Origin: Candidatus Shapirobacteria bacterium | GTDB taxonomy: Bacteria > Patescibacteriota > Microgenomatia > UBA12405 | Assembly (NCBI GenBank): GCA_016188545.1 | Contig: JACPHO010000006.1 | Location: 693-64,692 of the forward strand | Length of the DNA stretch: 64,000 nucleotides | Direction: 5' to 3' | Shown: piece by piece, positions 48,991 to 58,972 of the stretch | How the letters are laid out: the number at the start of each line of letters is the position of its first letter | Numbering within the stretch: position 1 is the stretch's first letter | Program-made: the position numbers and the translations under genes | Notes under the pieces: model-generated | The model's input: the letters and a program-made list of their open reading frames with translations, nothing else | The model's database searches: none | Told to the model about the DNA's origin: nothing

Positions 48991-49515
48991 ATGATAAATA
49001 AACTAGATATTTTATTAAAACAGCCTCAAAAAATATATCACACCAATGATTTACGAATTTTGTGGAACATCACCAAACTTACTACTCTCTACCAAACTAT
49101 ATCCCGGCTTATTAAAAAAGGTGTTTTAATTAAAATACACAAAGGGCTATATTGCACCATTCCCATTACCAATCTTGACCCCATCGAACTTGGATCTCGT
49201 CTTATTAATCGTTTTTGCTACCTCACCACCGAAACCATTCTCGCTCAAAGTGGAACCATCAATCAATCACCAAACAAAATTACGTTCGTTTCCGACATTT
49301 CCAAAAAAATTACTGTCGGCAATAACACTTATTTATACCGGCAGTTAAATGATAAATATTTATACAATAGTATTGGTATTAATCTACAACCAAACGGAGT
49401 ATTAGTTGCTTCAACCGCCAGAGCCGCTGCCGATGTGCTCTATTTTCAACCCAATTACCACTTCGACAACAATAGTATCATTATTCAAAAAGGAGTTTAT
49501 GATAGCCAACCGTAG
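48991..49515 (+). CDS. Type IV TA antitoxin, AbiEi-like
   Basis: N-terminal wHTH (RLIKKG.LIKIHKGLY), YLT.ET.L...G.I.Q, A...RA..D; upstream palindrome TATACAAAATTGTATA. Confidence 0.8.
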   Translation: MINKLDILLKQPQKIYHTNDLRILWNITKLTTLYQTISRLIKKGVLIKIHKGLYCTIPITNLDPIELGSRLINRFCYLTTETILAQSGTINQSPNKITFVSDISKKITVGNNTYLYRQLNDKYLYNSIGINLQPNGVLVASTARAAADVLYFQPNYHFDNNSIIIQKGVYDSQP

Positions 49516-50224
49516 AGTCGATATTATTCATAAAGTTCATTTATTACGAGTCTTAACTAAAATTGTTGATAATCCAATTTTATCTCAGTCACTATATTTT
49601 AAAGGTGGAACTTGCGCATCAATGCAAAATATTTTAGATAGGTTTTCTGTTGATTTAGACTTTGATATTAATCCTAAATCAAACGAAAACACTTTAAGAA
49701 CCGAATTTCACACCATTTTCAAAAAACTAGATTTCACCCTCGATCAAGAAAGTCAAAATGCTTTAGAATTTTTTCTCAAATATAAAAACGATCCAAATCA
49801 GCGTAACACTCTCAAAATCGATGCTCTAAACTTTCAGGTTAAGTCAAATTTATATGCTCCAGTTTTTCTTCCCGAAATCAACCGAATTGTAAATTGTCAA
49901 ACCAAAGAGACAATTTTTGCCAACAAATTGGTTGCCATCAAAGATCGTTTTGACAAACACGAATCAATCGCCTGCCGTGACTTGTATGACATTCATCATT
50001 TTTTCATGATTGGTTTGCAATATCGATCAGAAATCATTGTTGAAAGGACAAACCTTTCTCCTCAAAGATATTTTAAATATTTAATTGATTTCATCAAATC
50101 CAAGATTACACAAACCTTAATCGACCAGGACCTCAACACTTTACTATCACCAGAGTCATTTAATAAAATCCGCAAAATCCTCAAACCTGAAGTGCTCCTC
50201 CTATTGCAAAATCAAGAAAAATAA
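49499..50224 (+). CDS. Type IV TA toxin, AbiEii nucleotidyltransferase
   Basis: YFKGGTC, RFSVDLDF, ANKLVA, RDLYDI. Confidence 0.92.
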   Translation: MIANRRVDIIHKVHLLRVLTKIVDNPILSQSLYFKGGTCASMQNILDRFSVDLDFDINPKSNENTLRTEFHTIFKKLDFTLDQESQNALEFFLKYKNDPNQRNTLKIDALNFQVKSNLYAPVFLPEINRIVNCQTKETIFANKLVAIKDRFDKHESIACRDLYDIHHFFMIGLQYRSEIIVERTNLSPQRYFKYLIDFIKSKITQTLIDQDLNTLLSPESFNKIRKILKPEVLLLLQNQEK

Positions 50225-50244
50225 TCTGATATAATCAAAACCTA

Positions 50245-51603
50245 ATGTCTCCCGTTCACTGCGGTCTCGATTTTGGTACCACCAATTCTTCACTGGCGGT
50301 ATTTTCCGGCAATACACCTCAGATTATCCCAATAGATGAGCAAAATAATAATCCATCCGTTTTAAAATCCCTCCTGTACCTCAACCCTCGCCAAGAATCA
50401 GCCGTTGGTGCATCCGCCATCAAAAACTACCTGTCAGATCTCGACACCCTCCCATCTGTCCCCCTAAGACTCGAAGAAACTGGCCGATTGATCAAAACTT
50501 TTGGACCATCAACTGCCAGTGGAGTCGGTCCAGTAGTTTTTGTCCCCGAAATTATTGAAGTTGATGACAGTGGTCGCGGACGACTGCTTCAGTCTCTCAA
50601 GTCCGTATTAACCAACCCCAGTTTCACCGGCACCAACATCTTCGGTAAATTTTACTCTCTTGAAGAACTCCTAGGAATACTCATGCAGGAAATAAAATCA
50701 TCTGCCGAAACACACCTAGGCCACACTCTTGATTCCGTTGTTCTTGGTCGTCCTGTCAAATATGTCGGTACGGGTCAAAATCAAACTGCCATCGACCGCA
50801 TGGTCAGAATTGCCACTTCAGCCGGATTTAAAAACATCGAATTCGAGCTAGAACCAATCGGTGCCGCCCTTAACTACGGAATTAATATCAAAAATAACCA
50901 AAACATCCTTGTTTTTGACTTTGGCGGAGGAACTCTGGATATCTGTGTTATGAAACTCCCTGAGAAAAAAATTCTTTCTGTCTCTGGTCGAGGCATAGGT
51001 GGAGATCTTCTCAATTCTCGTATCGTGCAAGCTAAGATTGCCAAATATTTTGGCGTCTACAGCCAGATTAATCACAAAGTCCCCTTCCCTAGTGACTACC
51101 GCCTGGCTCTAACCTCATGGTATCGCACCTCCCTACTTAAAAACGTCAAAGATTTAGGCATGCTCAAAGATCTATCGATTCGCTCCACTGATCCAGAATA
51201 TGTCCAAAACTTTTGTAATCTAGTCGAACACGATTACGCTTTTGATTTTTTCTCCACCATTGATCGCTTAAAGGTAAGTCTATCAACAACTGACTCTGCT
51301 GATTTTAACTTTCACCGTTCCCATCTCAACCTACAACAAACTATCACCCGAAATGATTTTGAGAACTCGATAATTAATGAACTCGATGAATCAAAACTTT
51401 GTATCAACGAAGCTTTGTCAGCCGCAGGTCTAAAATCCACCGACATCGACCAGGTTATTCTCACCGGCGGTTCTTCCCAAACTCCTGTCTTTAGGCAATT
51501 AGTTGATAGTATATTTACCCCTGACAAAATTATTGCCTCTGACTACTTCACCGCGGTCGCCGCTGGACTCAGTATCCGCGCCCACCAGATATTTGGTTCT
51601 TAG
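50245..51603 (+). CDS. Hsp70-family ATPase (YegD-like)
   Basis: GLDFGTTNS, GRLLQSLKS, GRPV, FDFGGGTLD, LTGGSS. Confidence 0.9.
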   Translation: MSPVHCGLDFGTTNSSLAVFSGNTPQIIPIDEQNNNPSVLKSLLYLNPRQESAVGASAIKNYLSDLDTLPSVPLRLEETGRLIKTFGPSTASGVGPVVFVPEIIEVDDSGRGRLLQSLKSVLTNPSFTGTNIFGKFYSLEELLGILMQEIKSSAETHLGHTLDSVVLGRPVKYVGTGQNQTAIDRMVRIATSAGFKNIEFELEPIGAALNYGINIKNNQNILVFDFGGGTLDICVMKLPEKKILSVSGRGIGGDLLNSRIVQAKIAKYFGVYSQINHKVPFPSDYRLALTSWYRTSLLKNVKDLGMLKDLSIRSTDPEYVQNFCNLVEHDYAFDFFSTIDRLKVSLSTTDSADFNFHRSHLNLQQTITRNDFENSIINELDESKLCINEALSAAGLKSTDIDQVILTGGSSQTPVFRQLVDSIFTPDKIIASDYFTAVAAGLSIRAHQIFGS

Positions 51604-51648
51604 CTAAATACCCTCTTCACAAACGGCTGGTATTATTTAGTCCCACAA

Positions 51649-53448
51649 GTGATAAATTTAACTATGCCCTCCCGCTCAAAATCATCTATTAACTACCCCT
51701 TCCTCACTTTTGCAGCCGATATCTGGGAATACACTCGTGGCTATCATCGCCGTTTTCTCACTTGGTACACCCTATTCTTTATCTCCTCACTAATAAGCTT
51801 TTTGGTTCCTGTTTATATGGCCAAGATAATCGACAGTGTCGCCATCAAACAAACCGGCAATATTGTCTATTATATTTTAATAATATTTGCTATTGAGTTT
51901 GGCCGCATCATAGGTCGTAACCGTATCAAGTTAGCTATATACAAGTTGGCTGAAATCTGTCGGTTATCAAGTCGCCAGCGCTGGATTTCCAAAGTACTTA
52001 GTTTCGATCTTAAGTGGCATGATAGTCAAAATTCCGGTAAAAAAATCTCCATCCTGTCTCGCGGTTCAGACCAACTAAAAGGACTAATCCAGTTTATTAC
52101 TAAAGGTGGTGGTGGTATCGACATCTTCGTCAGTATTATCGGTGTCATAGTTATTTTTTTCACTCTGAACTACAAGTACGCCATTCTTTGTTTTGTTAAC
52201 GTCACCTTCTACATGGGTACACTTATTTATCAGACCCGCCGCCTCAACCAAAAACGTCATCAGATCAACCGGACCTCCGACAATGTCATGGGTAAAAACT
52301 TCGACTTTTTTTCCAACATGTCACTTATCAAAAGCCTAGGCATTGGTCAAAATATCAACCAAGCTCTGTTTGTCAAAGAATCACATCTTAAGGAAAAAAC
52401 CATAAAATACACCATTTTGGAGTTCAATAAATGGATCTATATCAACACAGTTTCCCAAGTCTGTCATATCATCGCCATTTTTCTAGTCGTCGATGACATC
52501 CTCAACCAACGAATATCTATCGGTTCTTTTTTTATCTATAACGGTTACATTAACCGGCTTCAAGACGGTTTGGGAGGTCTAGCTGAATGGGTCAACGATC
52601 TTATTGAAAAATACTTAGGCCTCTACAGAATTCATCAACTGTTACATTCCGGAACTACTACCACCTCAAACGGACAACAAGCATTTCCTGATAATCTAGA
52701 ACTTATCAAAATAGACCATCTTTCTTTTGGCTACAACAACTCCCGTTTAATCCTCGACGACGCCAACCTATTACTAAAATCAGGCAACAAATATGGCTTT
52801 GTTGGTATTTCCGGATCAGGTAAGTCGACTCTTAGTAAATTACTTCTAAAACTCTATCTTCCCTCCTCAGGCACTATCTACTTTAATAATCGAAAAATTA
52901 CTCAAATAAATACCGATTCAATTCACCAACACATCAGTGTCGCCCCTCAAGATAACGAAATATTTAACCTGTCTTTCAAGGAAAACATAACAATTGCCTC
53001 CACAAGTAAACGGTTCAATCCCCAATTATATGAGCTAGCTATCAAAACCTCTGAGTGTCGGTCAATCCTCGACAAAATTAAAAATAATCATCAAACAATT
53101 CTCGGAGAAAAAGGTATCAAGTTGTCGGGTGGTGAACGCCAAAGATTAGGTATTGCCCGGGCGATCTACAAAAACACTCCACTTATAATTTTTGACGAAA
53201 GCACTTCTGCTCTCGACTCTAAAACCGAATCAAAAATCCTCGCTAGTCTAGAAAAATACTTTGCTTCCAAAACTATCATCTGGATAGCCCACCGCCTATC
53301 CACCCTTCGTTTTACTGATGAAATTATCGTCTTTGATCAAGGGAAAATAGTTGAACAGGGAAGCTTCAAGTCCTTAATTTCAAAAATGGGACACTTCTAC
53401 GAACTCTGGCAAATCCAAAAAAAGACCAACATAAAACGGCTTTCTTAA
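51649..53448 (+). CDS. ABC exporter (fused permease and ATPase)
   Basis: 6 TM segments; GISGSGKST, LSGGERQR, FDESTSALD, AHRLST. Confidence 0.93.
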   Translation: MINLTMPSRSKSSINYPFLTFAADIWEYTRGYHRRFLTWYTLFFISSLISFLVPVYMAKIIDSVAIKQTGNIVYYILIIFAIEFGRIIGRNRIKLAIYKLAEICRLSSRQRWISKVLSFDLKWHDSQNSGKKISILSRGSDQLKGLIQFITKGGGGIDIFVSIIGVIVIFFTLNYKYAILCFVNVTFYMGTLIYQTRRLNQKRHQINRTSDNVMGKNFDFFSNMSLIKSLGIGQNINQALFVKESHLKEKTIKYTILEFNKWIYINTVSQVCHIIAIFLVVDDILNQRISIGSFFIYNGYINRLQDGLGGLAEWVNDLIEKYLGLYRIHQLLHSGTTTTSNGQQAFPDNLELIKIDHLSFGYNNSRLILDDANLLLKSGNKYGFVGISGSGKSTLSKLLLKLYLPSSGTIYFNNRKITQINTDSIHQHISVAPQDNEIFNLSFKENITIASTSKRFNPQLYELAIKTSECRSILDKIKNNHQTILGEKGIKLSGGERQRLGIARAIYKNTPLIIFDESTSALDSKTESKILASLEKYFASKTIIWIAHRLSTLRFTDEIIVFDQGKIVEQGSFKSLISKMGHFYELWQIQKKTNIKRLS

Positions 53449-53471
53449 TCTAGCTTTTACTTTTTTTAAAT

Positions 53472-53696
53472 CTACGAGTTAGCCTCAGTGATTGCCTTTT
53501 CCATATTTGCCGCCGCCCAACCAAGTGTTTTTCTCATTACCGGTACCGACACGCCTTCATCTTTAGCTGCTTGTGCTACGCTCAATCCCTTATGAGCCAC
53601 CTCTACGGCTCTCCTGGCTTGAAAGCCTGGCAGGGAAACTTCTAAATCTTCGGGTGATATCCCAGATAAAAAATCAACGGCTCCTTTTGTACTCAT
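53472..53696 (-). CDS. Small HTH-like hypothetical protein
   Basis: GLSVAQAAKDEGVSVPVMRK. Confidence 0.5.
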   Translation of the reverse strand: MSTKGAVDFLSGISPEDLEVSLPGFQARRAVEVAHKGLSVAQAAKDEGVSVPVMRKTLGWAAANMEKAITEANS

Positions 53697-53736
53697 ACAA
53701 ATATCATACCACTATCAATTTTTTATAACTCACAGT

Positions 53737-54150
53737 TTAGATCAATTCGTCCTTAATTAGCTTCGGAAATAAATTTTGATACATACTTTCCGATACCCCT
53801 ATCTGATTATTAGTATAATCGTCTTTTGAATACCACAACATTTCTCCTATCTCTGCACCTAAAACTATTACTCCAGAAAATTCTTTCACCAAATAACAGT
53901 TAACTCTCTGGTATTGTTCGCCTTCGCCAATCCTAGCCTCATATGAAAAATATTTTTCAATAGTGGTTGGAGATATCGACATTTCCTCACCCAACTCTCT
54001 ATTCATCGCCATTAGGTCATCCTCCCCAGTCTCCACTTTTCCTCCAGGGGTAAAATAAAACTCTTTATAAAACCCCTCATTTCCTTTTACCAGTAAGATC
54101 TTTTTATCCTTAATGATTAAGGCCGATACTCTTGTCCTGACTATCTTCAT
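53737..54150 (-). CDS. NUDIX hydrolase
   Basis: PGGKVETGE....AMNRELGEE. Confidence 0.92.
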   Translation of the reverse strand: MKIVRTRVSALIIKDKKILLVKGNEGFYKEFYFTPGGKVETGEDDLMAMNRELGEEMSISPTTIEKYFSYEARIGEGEQYQRVNCYLVKEFSGVIVLGAEIGEMLWYSKDDYTNNQIGVSESMYQNLFPKLIKDELI

Positions 54151-54153
54151 TAG

Positions 54154-55020
54154 TTATTCTAATCCCAACTCAATTATTTTATCGAGTAGCTTTGAATACG
54201 ATATTCCAGCTGCCCTCGCCTCTTTTGGCAGTAATGAGTTTTTTGTCATCCCCGGTAAGGTATTGATCTCCAGCACAAATATTTTTCCCTCCCTAACTAT
54301 CATATCGACTCTCGCAAACCCATTCGCTTTAACAGCTTTATAAACTTTCAAAGTTATCGCCTCCACCTTTCTTTGTAATGCTGGCGATATTCTGGCGGGA
54401 CATATTTCATCGGCCATACCATCAACATATTTTGCTTCATAGTCAAAAAATGGATTTTTAGGATGAATTTCAATAATAGGTAACACTACTGGTAAGTCGT
54501 TTCCCAACACCCCACACGACAGTTCCAGTCCCTCAATATATTTTTCCACTATCGCCTCCTTACTATATTCCTTGGCTTCAACAATCGCTTTAGTCAGCTT
54601 GTTTTGTTGTTTGACAATACTCACTCCCACACTAGAACCGCCGTCCACTGGCTTAACCACACAAGGTGTTTCAGTTGTCAGTGGTGCCATTAATATCCCC
54701 TCACTCTCCATTACCTTTCGGAATATCATTTTGTCCATCCCTACCGCCGACGCCATCACTCCGCTCCCGGTGTATTTGATTCCTCTTGTTTCTAAGTATC
54801 CCTGAATCGCCCCATCCTCTCCACTCTTACCATGTAAAACCAGGAATGCGATATCTGGTTTAAATTCTGTCAGCTTATCTATCTCGCTGGGCATGTCCAC
54901 TGACAAAACTTCATATTTCTTTTTAGATAAGTTATAGACTACCTCGCTGCCTGAGTTAAGTGACACCACCCTCTCACTACTGTCTCCACCCATTAATACA
55001 GCTACTTTTAATTTTGTCAT
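54154..55020 (-). CDS. ddl: D-alanine--D-alanine ligase
   Basis: GG.SSER.VSL, LHG..GEDG, GSSVG, FDYEAKY, EINTLPGMT. Confidence 0.96.
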   Translation of the reverse strand: MTKLKVAVLMGGDSSERVVSLNSGSEVVYNLSKKKYEVLSVDMPSEIDKLTEFKPDIAFLVLHGKSGEDGAIQGYLETRGIKYTGSGVMASAVGMDKMIFRKVMESEGILMAPLTTETPCVVKPVDGGSSVGVSIVKQQNKLTKAIVEAKEYSKEAIVEKYIEGLELSCGVLGNDLPVVLPIIEIHPKNPFFDYEAKYVDGMADEICPARISPALQRKVEAITLKVYKAVKANGFARVDMIVREGKIFVLEINTLPGMTKNSLLPKEARAAGISYSKLLDKIIELGLE

Positions 55021-55107
55021 AACCGATTATACTACACTATTTACTTTATTAACACTAATATTAAGTTCAAACTTTACTTTTACAACATAAACTGATATAT
55101 TAGAAAC

Positions 55108-56235
55108 ATGGCCGAATACAAAACATTAAATGAAATCACTGTTTGCAGCTCCTCTCTTGTACACAACTACCACTACTATCAAAAGCTATCTCCACATGCT
55201 GTTATTTGTCCCGTCATCAAGGCCAACGCCTACGGTCATGGTTTGCGGGAAGTCGCCAAGATTATTGACGAACACCTGAGTCCACCCTATCTCATGGTCG
55301 ATTCTCTCTATGAAGCCTACGAACTTAGCAAGCTCAAAACCCGCACACCTATCCTTATCATGGGTTTCACCGACCCACAAAACTATGCTGTTTGGAAAAA
55401 GCTCCCCTTTACTTTCACTGTCTACGATCAAAGCTCACTCTTAGCACTTAACCAACACCAAAAAGGCGCTAAGATTCATATCAAACTCGATACTGGCATG
55501 TGCCGTCTAGGAATTCAAAAAAAAGATGTCAAGAGTTTTATAAAAACTCTCCTCGAATGTCGCAATCTTAAAGTTGAAGGTATATACTCCCACCTTTCTC
55601 AAGCTGATGATCCCAAAAAAACCACCTTTACCAACAGCCAGATCAAATCCTTTAAAGAAATGGTCTCTATTTTTGAATCTGCGGGTTTTACCTTCAAATA
55701 CAAACACATTGCTGCATCAGCTGGTGCCAGCACCATCCATGATCCATATTTTAATCTTATTAGACTAGGCCTCGGTTTTTATGGTTATTCCCCATTTGGC
55801 CCCCACACTATCCCTGGTCGTCTTGATCGTCAATCTCTACGTCCCGCCCTCAGTTTTACTTCACGTATAGCTCTCATCAAACAAGTCAGTCCTGGCAATC
55901 AGATCGGCTATAGCGGTTCCTATCGTGTCAAACAGGACGAAACCATAGCCATTCTCACTGCCGGTTATAACGAAGGTATCCCCCGGGAGTTAAGTAACCG
56001 TTTTTCTTTTCTCGTCAAAGGTACTCAGTGCCCAGTTGTTGGTAATATCAGCATGGACATGACCACCATCAAAATCCCCCGCACAATTAATGCTCTTATC
56101 GGTGACACCACCACCATGATCTCTCCGGACATAAATTCACCCTGTTCTATTTATAAGTACGCTATAACCATGGATACGATTCCATACACCATTCTAACTG
56201 GACTACATCCCTCAACTAAAAGGAGGATAATATAA
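55108..56235 (+). CDS. alr: Alanine racemase
   Basis: VIKANAYGHG, KLDTGMCRLG, YSHL, IGYS, ISMD. Confidence 0.96.
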   Translation: MAEYKTLNEITVCSSSLVHNYHYYQKLSPHAVICPVIKANAYGHGLREVAKIIDEHLSPPYLMVDSLYEAYELSKLKTRTPILIMGFTDPQNYAVWKKLPFTFTVYDQSSLLALNQHQKGAKIHIKLDTGMCRLGIQKKDVKSFIKTLLECRNLKVEGIYSHLSQADDPKKTTFTNSQIKSFKEMVSIFESAGFTFKYKHIAASAGASTIHDPYFNLIRLGLGFYGYSPFGPHTIPGRLDRQSLRPALSFTSRIALIKQVSPGNQIGYSGSYRVKQDETIAILTAGYNEGIPRELSNRFSFLVKGTQCPVVGNISMDMTTIKIPRTINALIGDTTTMISPDINSPCSIYKYAITMDTIPYTILTGLHPSTKRRII

Positions 56236-56240
56236 CACTT

Positions 56241-57509
56241 ATGAAAAATTTCATTAGCTCTTTTGTACTTACTTACCTTCGCCTTCTCGCTCATATCCAA
56301 CTTAGTAAAATCCGACTACTTCAAAAAATTAAAGGTAAAAAATTAACCATTGTCGGCATCACCGGTTCTGCAGGTAAGTCATCTACTATCAATGCCTGTG
56401 AGTCAACCCTACAAGACTATCTAAAAGTCAAAACCACAGCCGGTTCAAACTCCGAATCGGGAATTCCCCTAAACATCCTCGGGATCAAAGTTTCTTCATT
56501 TACCCCTGTAGACTGGCTAAAATACTGCGCCTTGGCACTAAGGAAACTGTTTGCCAACTGGGAAAGCTGTGATATCTACCTAGTCGAAATGGGTATTGAT
56601 AGTCCAACAGAACCCAAGAACATGTCATACCTGCTCAAAATAGTCCATCCTGATATTGGAATTTTTCTCAACGTCAACCTCACCCACTCCCAAGAATTCG
56701 AAAAAACCATATCCAGCCACCTCATAGGAGATCAAAAAACATCAAAAGTAATTGAGCTTATCGGCGCGGAGAAAGCCAAACTCGTCAACTCGCTACCGTC
56801 AACTGGATATGCACTGATTAATACTGCTGACCCGACAGTTCTCAAAACCACTCTCACTCTTAGAGCCAAAAAAATAATTCTCAAACCAGTTCATCTTGAC
56901 TTTCCACACTATGCTCCCCCAACCGATTTTGACATCTCCATCTCCGCCGCGATTAACTTAGCCAAAGTATTTGGGGTTGATGAAAAAACTGCCATAACCG
57001 GCTTGAAACAAAATCTGATTCTTCCTCCTAGTCGGTCCTCTCTATTCTCTGGAATAAACGATTCAACAATCATCGACTCTTCATACAACTCCTCACCTTT
57101 AGCCACCACTGCCATGCTTCAGGTACTCTCAAAACACAATAGCCCTCGTATTGCCATTCTCGGAGACATGCGTGAACTCGGAGATGAATCACCTGTCGCT
57201 CACCAAAAACTCTACCAACAGGCTGTCAAAGTAGCCAACACTATTATTAGTGTTGGACCGGAGACTCAAAAATATTTTGGTGATAAGTCTATAAAGTTCT
57301 TATATTGGTGGCAGGTTGGTGAATACCTACTCTCTCACAAAGAACTGCTAAAAAACGCTACTATTCTTGTCAAAGGATCTCAAAATACGATTTATCTCGA
57401 AGAACTTGTCAAACAACTTTTAGCTGATAAATCAGACGAATCAAAACTCTGCCGCCAATCCTCCTACTGGCTCGATCTCAAAACTAAGTTCCGAAGTTCT
57501 AATACTTAG
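56241..57509 (+). CDS. murF: UDP-MurNAc-tripeptide--D-Ala-D-Ala ligase
   Basis: GITGSAGKSS, NSESGIP, DSSYNSSP, LGDMRELG, LVKGSQ. Confidence 0.9.
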   Translation: MKNFISSFVLTYLRLLAHIQLSKIRLLQKIKGKKLTIVGITGSAGKSSTINACESTLQDYLKVKTTAGSNSESGIPLNILGIKVSSFTPVDWLKYCALALRKLFANWESCDIYLVEMGIDSPTEPKNMSYLLKIVHPDIGIFLNVNLTHSQEFEKTISSHLIGDQKTSKVIELIGAEKAKLVNSLPSTGYALINTADPTVLKTTLTLRAKKIILKPVHLDFPHYAPPTDFDISISAAINLAKVFGVDEKTAITGLKQNLILPPSRSSLFSGINDSTIIDSSYNSSPLATTAMLQVLSKHNSPRIAILGDMRELGDESPVAHQKLYQQAVKVANTIISVGPETQKYFGDKSIKFLYWWQVGEYLLSHKELLKNATILVKGSQNTIYLEELVKQLLADKSDESKLCRQSSYWLDLKTKFRSSNT

Positions 57510-57515
57510 GAGTGC

Positions 57516-57766
57516 TTGAGACGTTTCCCAAGTGGAGGTTTCGCAGTAACAACTTTCAAACTATCACCAGATCGCCTATTGTTTTAGGTTGTTTTGAAAG
57601 GAACTTTCGCAGTCAGTCTGCTATTTGGTTGGAGACTGACGAGAATGTAGGTGACGGCGGTACGTGCGCTTGAGATTATGTTAGCCAGCCGATTACCGGT
57701 CCGACTCAAAACAAGCTAAAACAACAGATATGGTGAAAAAACTTTTCAAGAGTTACAACGTCTCGA
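57516..57766 (+). ncRNA. Unassigned structured RNA motif, copy 2
   Basis: Homologous to 30845-31036; long stem 57580-57597/57706-57723 encloses the conserved core. Confidence 0.65.
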
Positions 57767-58388
57767 TCTGATCCACAATCGTCACAATCTCTTGTGGCTT
57801 TCTTGCCACCCAGTTTGGAACATATCCCATCAACGCTTCCTCCGAATTATATCCCCAAGTTACCGCAATAATCCTTACTCCAGCCTTATGACTGGCAATC
57901 ACATCTTTAGTCTCATCCCCAACATAAATCAACTGATCTTTGTTTAATTTTCTTTTACGAATAACTTTTTTTAGTTTTCTGGCTTTTCCCCACATCAGTC
58001 CACTCGGAACAATATATTCAAACACTCCCTCCAATCCATTCTCACTAAAAAATCTCTGTATATTTTCTTTTGAATTTGAAGACAAAATTCCCATTTTTAT
58101 CCCCTGTTTTTGTAATTCCCGAAAAACTCCAGGCATTCCCGGAAACATATTGATGGTACTAATATCGTTTTTGAGTTCCTTAATTGCTCTTCTTCCTACT
58201 CTGATAAATTGAAACCAACTCACTCCGAATGCTTTCATGGCTTTTTTTGTCCCCAACCGCTTAAATTCTCTTTGCATTTCTTCAGTTACCGGCTCATAAC
58301 CATACTCCGGAGCCAACCGATTAAGAATTTTTACAGCCGCATCAAATGTGTCAGCAATCGTCCCATCAAAGTCAAAGACAATCTCCAT
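57753..58388 (-). CDS. HAD-IA phosphatase (phosphoglycolate phosphatase-like)
   Basis: FDFDGTIADT, ILSSN, YVGDE..D, VTWGYN. Confidence 0.92.
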   Translation of the reverse strand: MEIVFDFDGTIADTFDAAVKILNRLAPEYGYEPVTEEMQREFKRLGTKKAMKAFGVSWFQFIRVGRRAIKELKNDISTINMFPGMPGVFRELQKQGIKMGILSSNSKENIQRFFSENGLEGVFEYIVPSGLMWGKARKLKKVIRKRKLNKDQLIYVGDETKDVIASHKAGVRIIAVTWGYNSEEALMGYVPNWVARKPQEIVTIVDQIETL

Positions 58389-58390
58389 TA

Positions 58391-58960
58391 CTATCCATTA
58401 AATTCCTTATTCTTTCTCATTTCTTTTTCAATGAGATTTCGTAAGTAAACCGAGCGAGGTATCATTCTCTTTTGAGCTACCCAATCAAGGTAAGCCAAAA
58501 TCTTGGGACTCACAAAAAAGTTAAATCGCACGTCCGCCGTCTTTTTGGCCTCTTCAACTGCATCTACCAACACCTTCTCCAAATTCTGGTCATTATATTC
58601 TGCCCAAATAATTCTGTCGTCTTTTAGCCCCCTAAACACTGTTGGTTCTGCCCCTGTTCGGTAGAGAACTACTACGGGTTTTGATTTCTCCAACGCCAAT
58701 GTTATTTCATGACCAATATGCAATGTTGATGGAAATGAACCTTCAATCACCGAAAAGTCAGCCTGGTCTATCCACTTAACAATATTTTTGTAGTTTCTCA
58801 CCCTATCCTCATCTCCCATTTCCAAAGCCTTGTCAAGGGGCATCGACAAAGTATCCTCGAGGACCTTATAACCCTCTTTGCGTAACAACTCAACAATCCG
58901 CCTATACGAGTCGAGCAACTTCTCCTTTTGGTACAAAGCACCGGAAAAATATATCTTCAT
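58391..58960 (-). CDS. Nucleoside 2-deoxyribosyltransferase-like domain fused to a C-terminal RHH
   Basis: KIYFSGA, AD..VIE.S.PS...GHE...AL...KPV; RFNFFVS....YLDW.....PRS.YLR.LIEK. Confidence 0.7.
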   Translation of the reverse strand: MKIYFSGALYQKEKLLDSYRRIVELLRKEGYKVLEDTLSMPLDKALEMGDEDRVRNYKNIVKWIDQADFSVIEGSFPSTLHIGHEITLALEKSKPVVVLYRTGAEPTVFRGLKDDRIIWAEYNDQNLEKVLVDAVEEAKKTADVRFNFFVSPKILAYLDWVAQKRMIPRSVYLRNLIEKEMRKNKEFNG

Positions 58961-58972
58961 CCCGCTATTATC

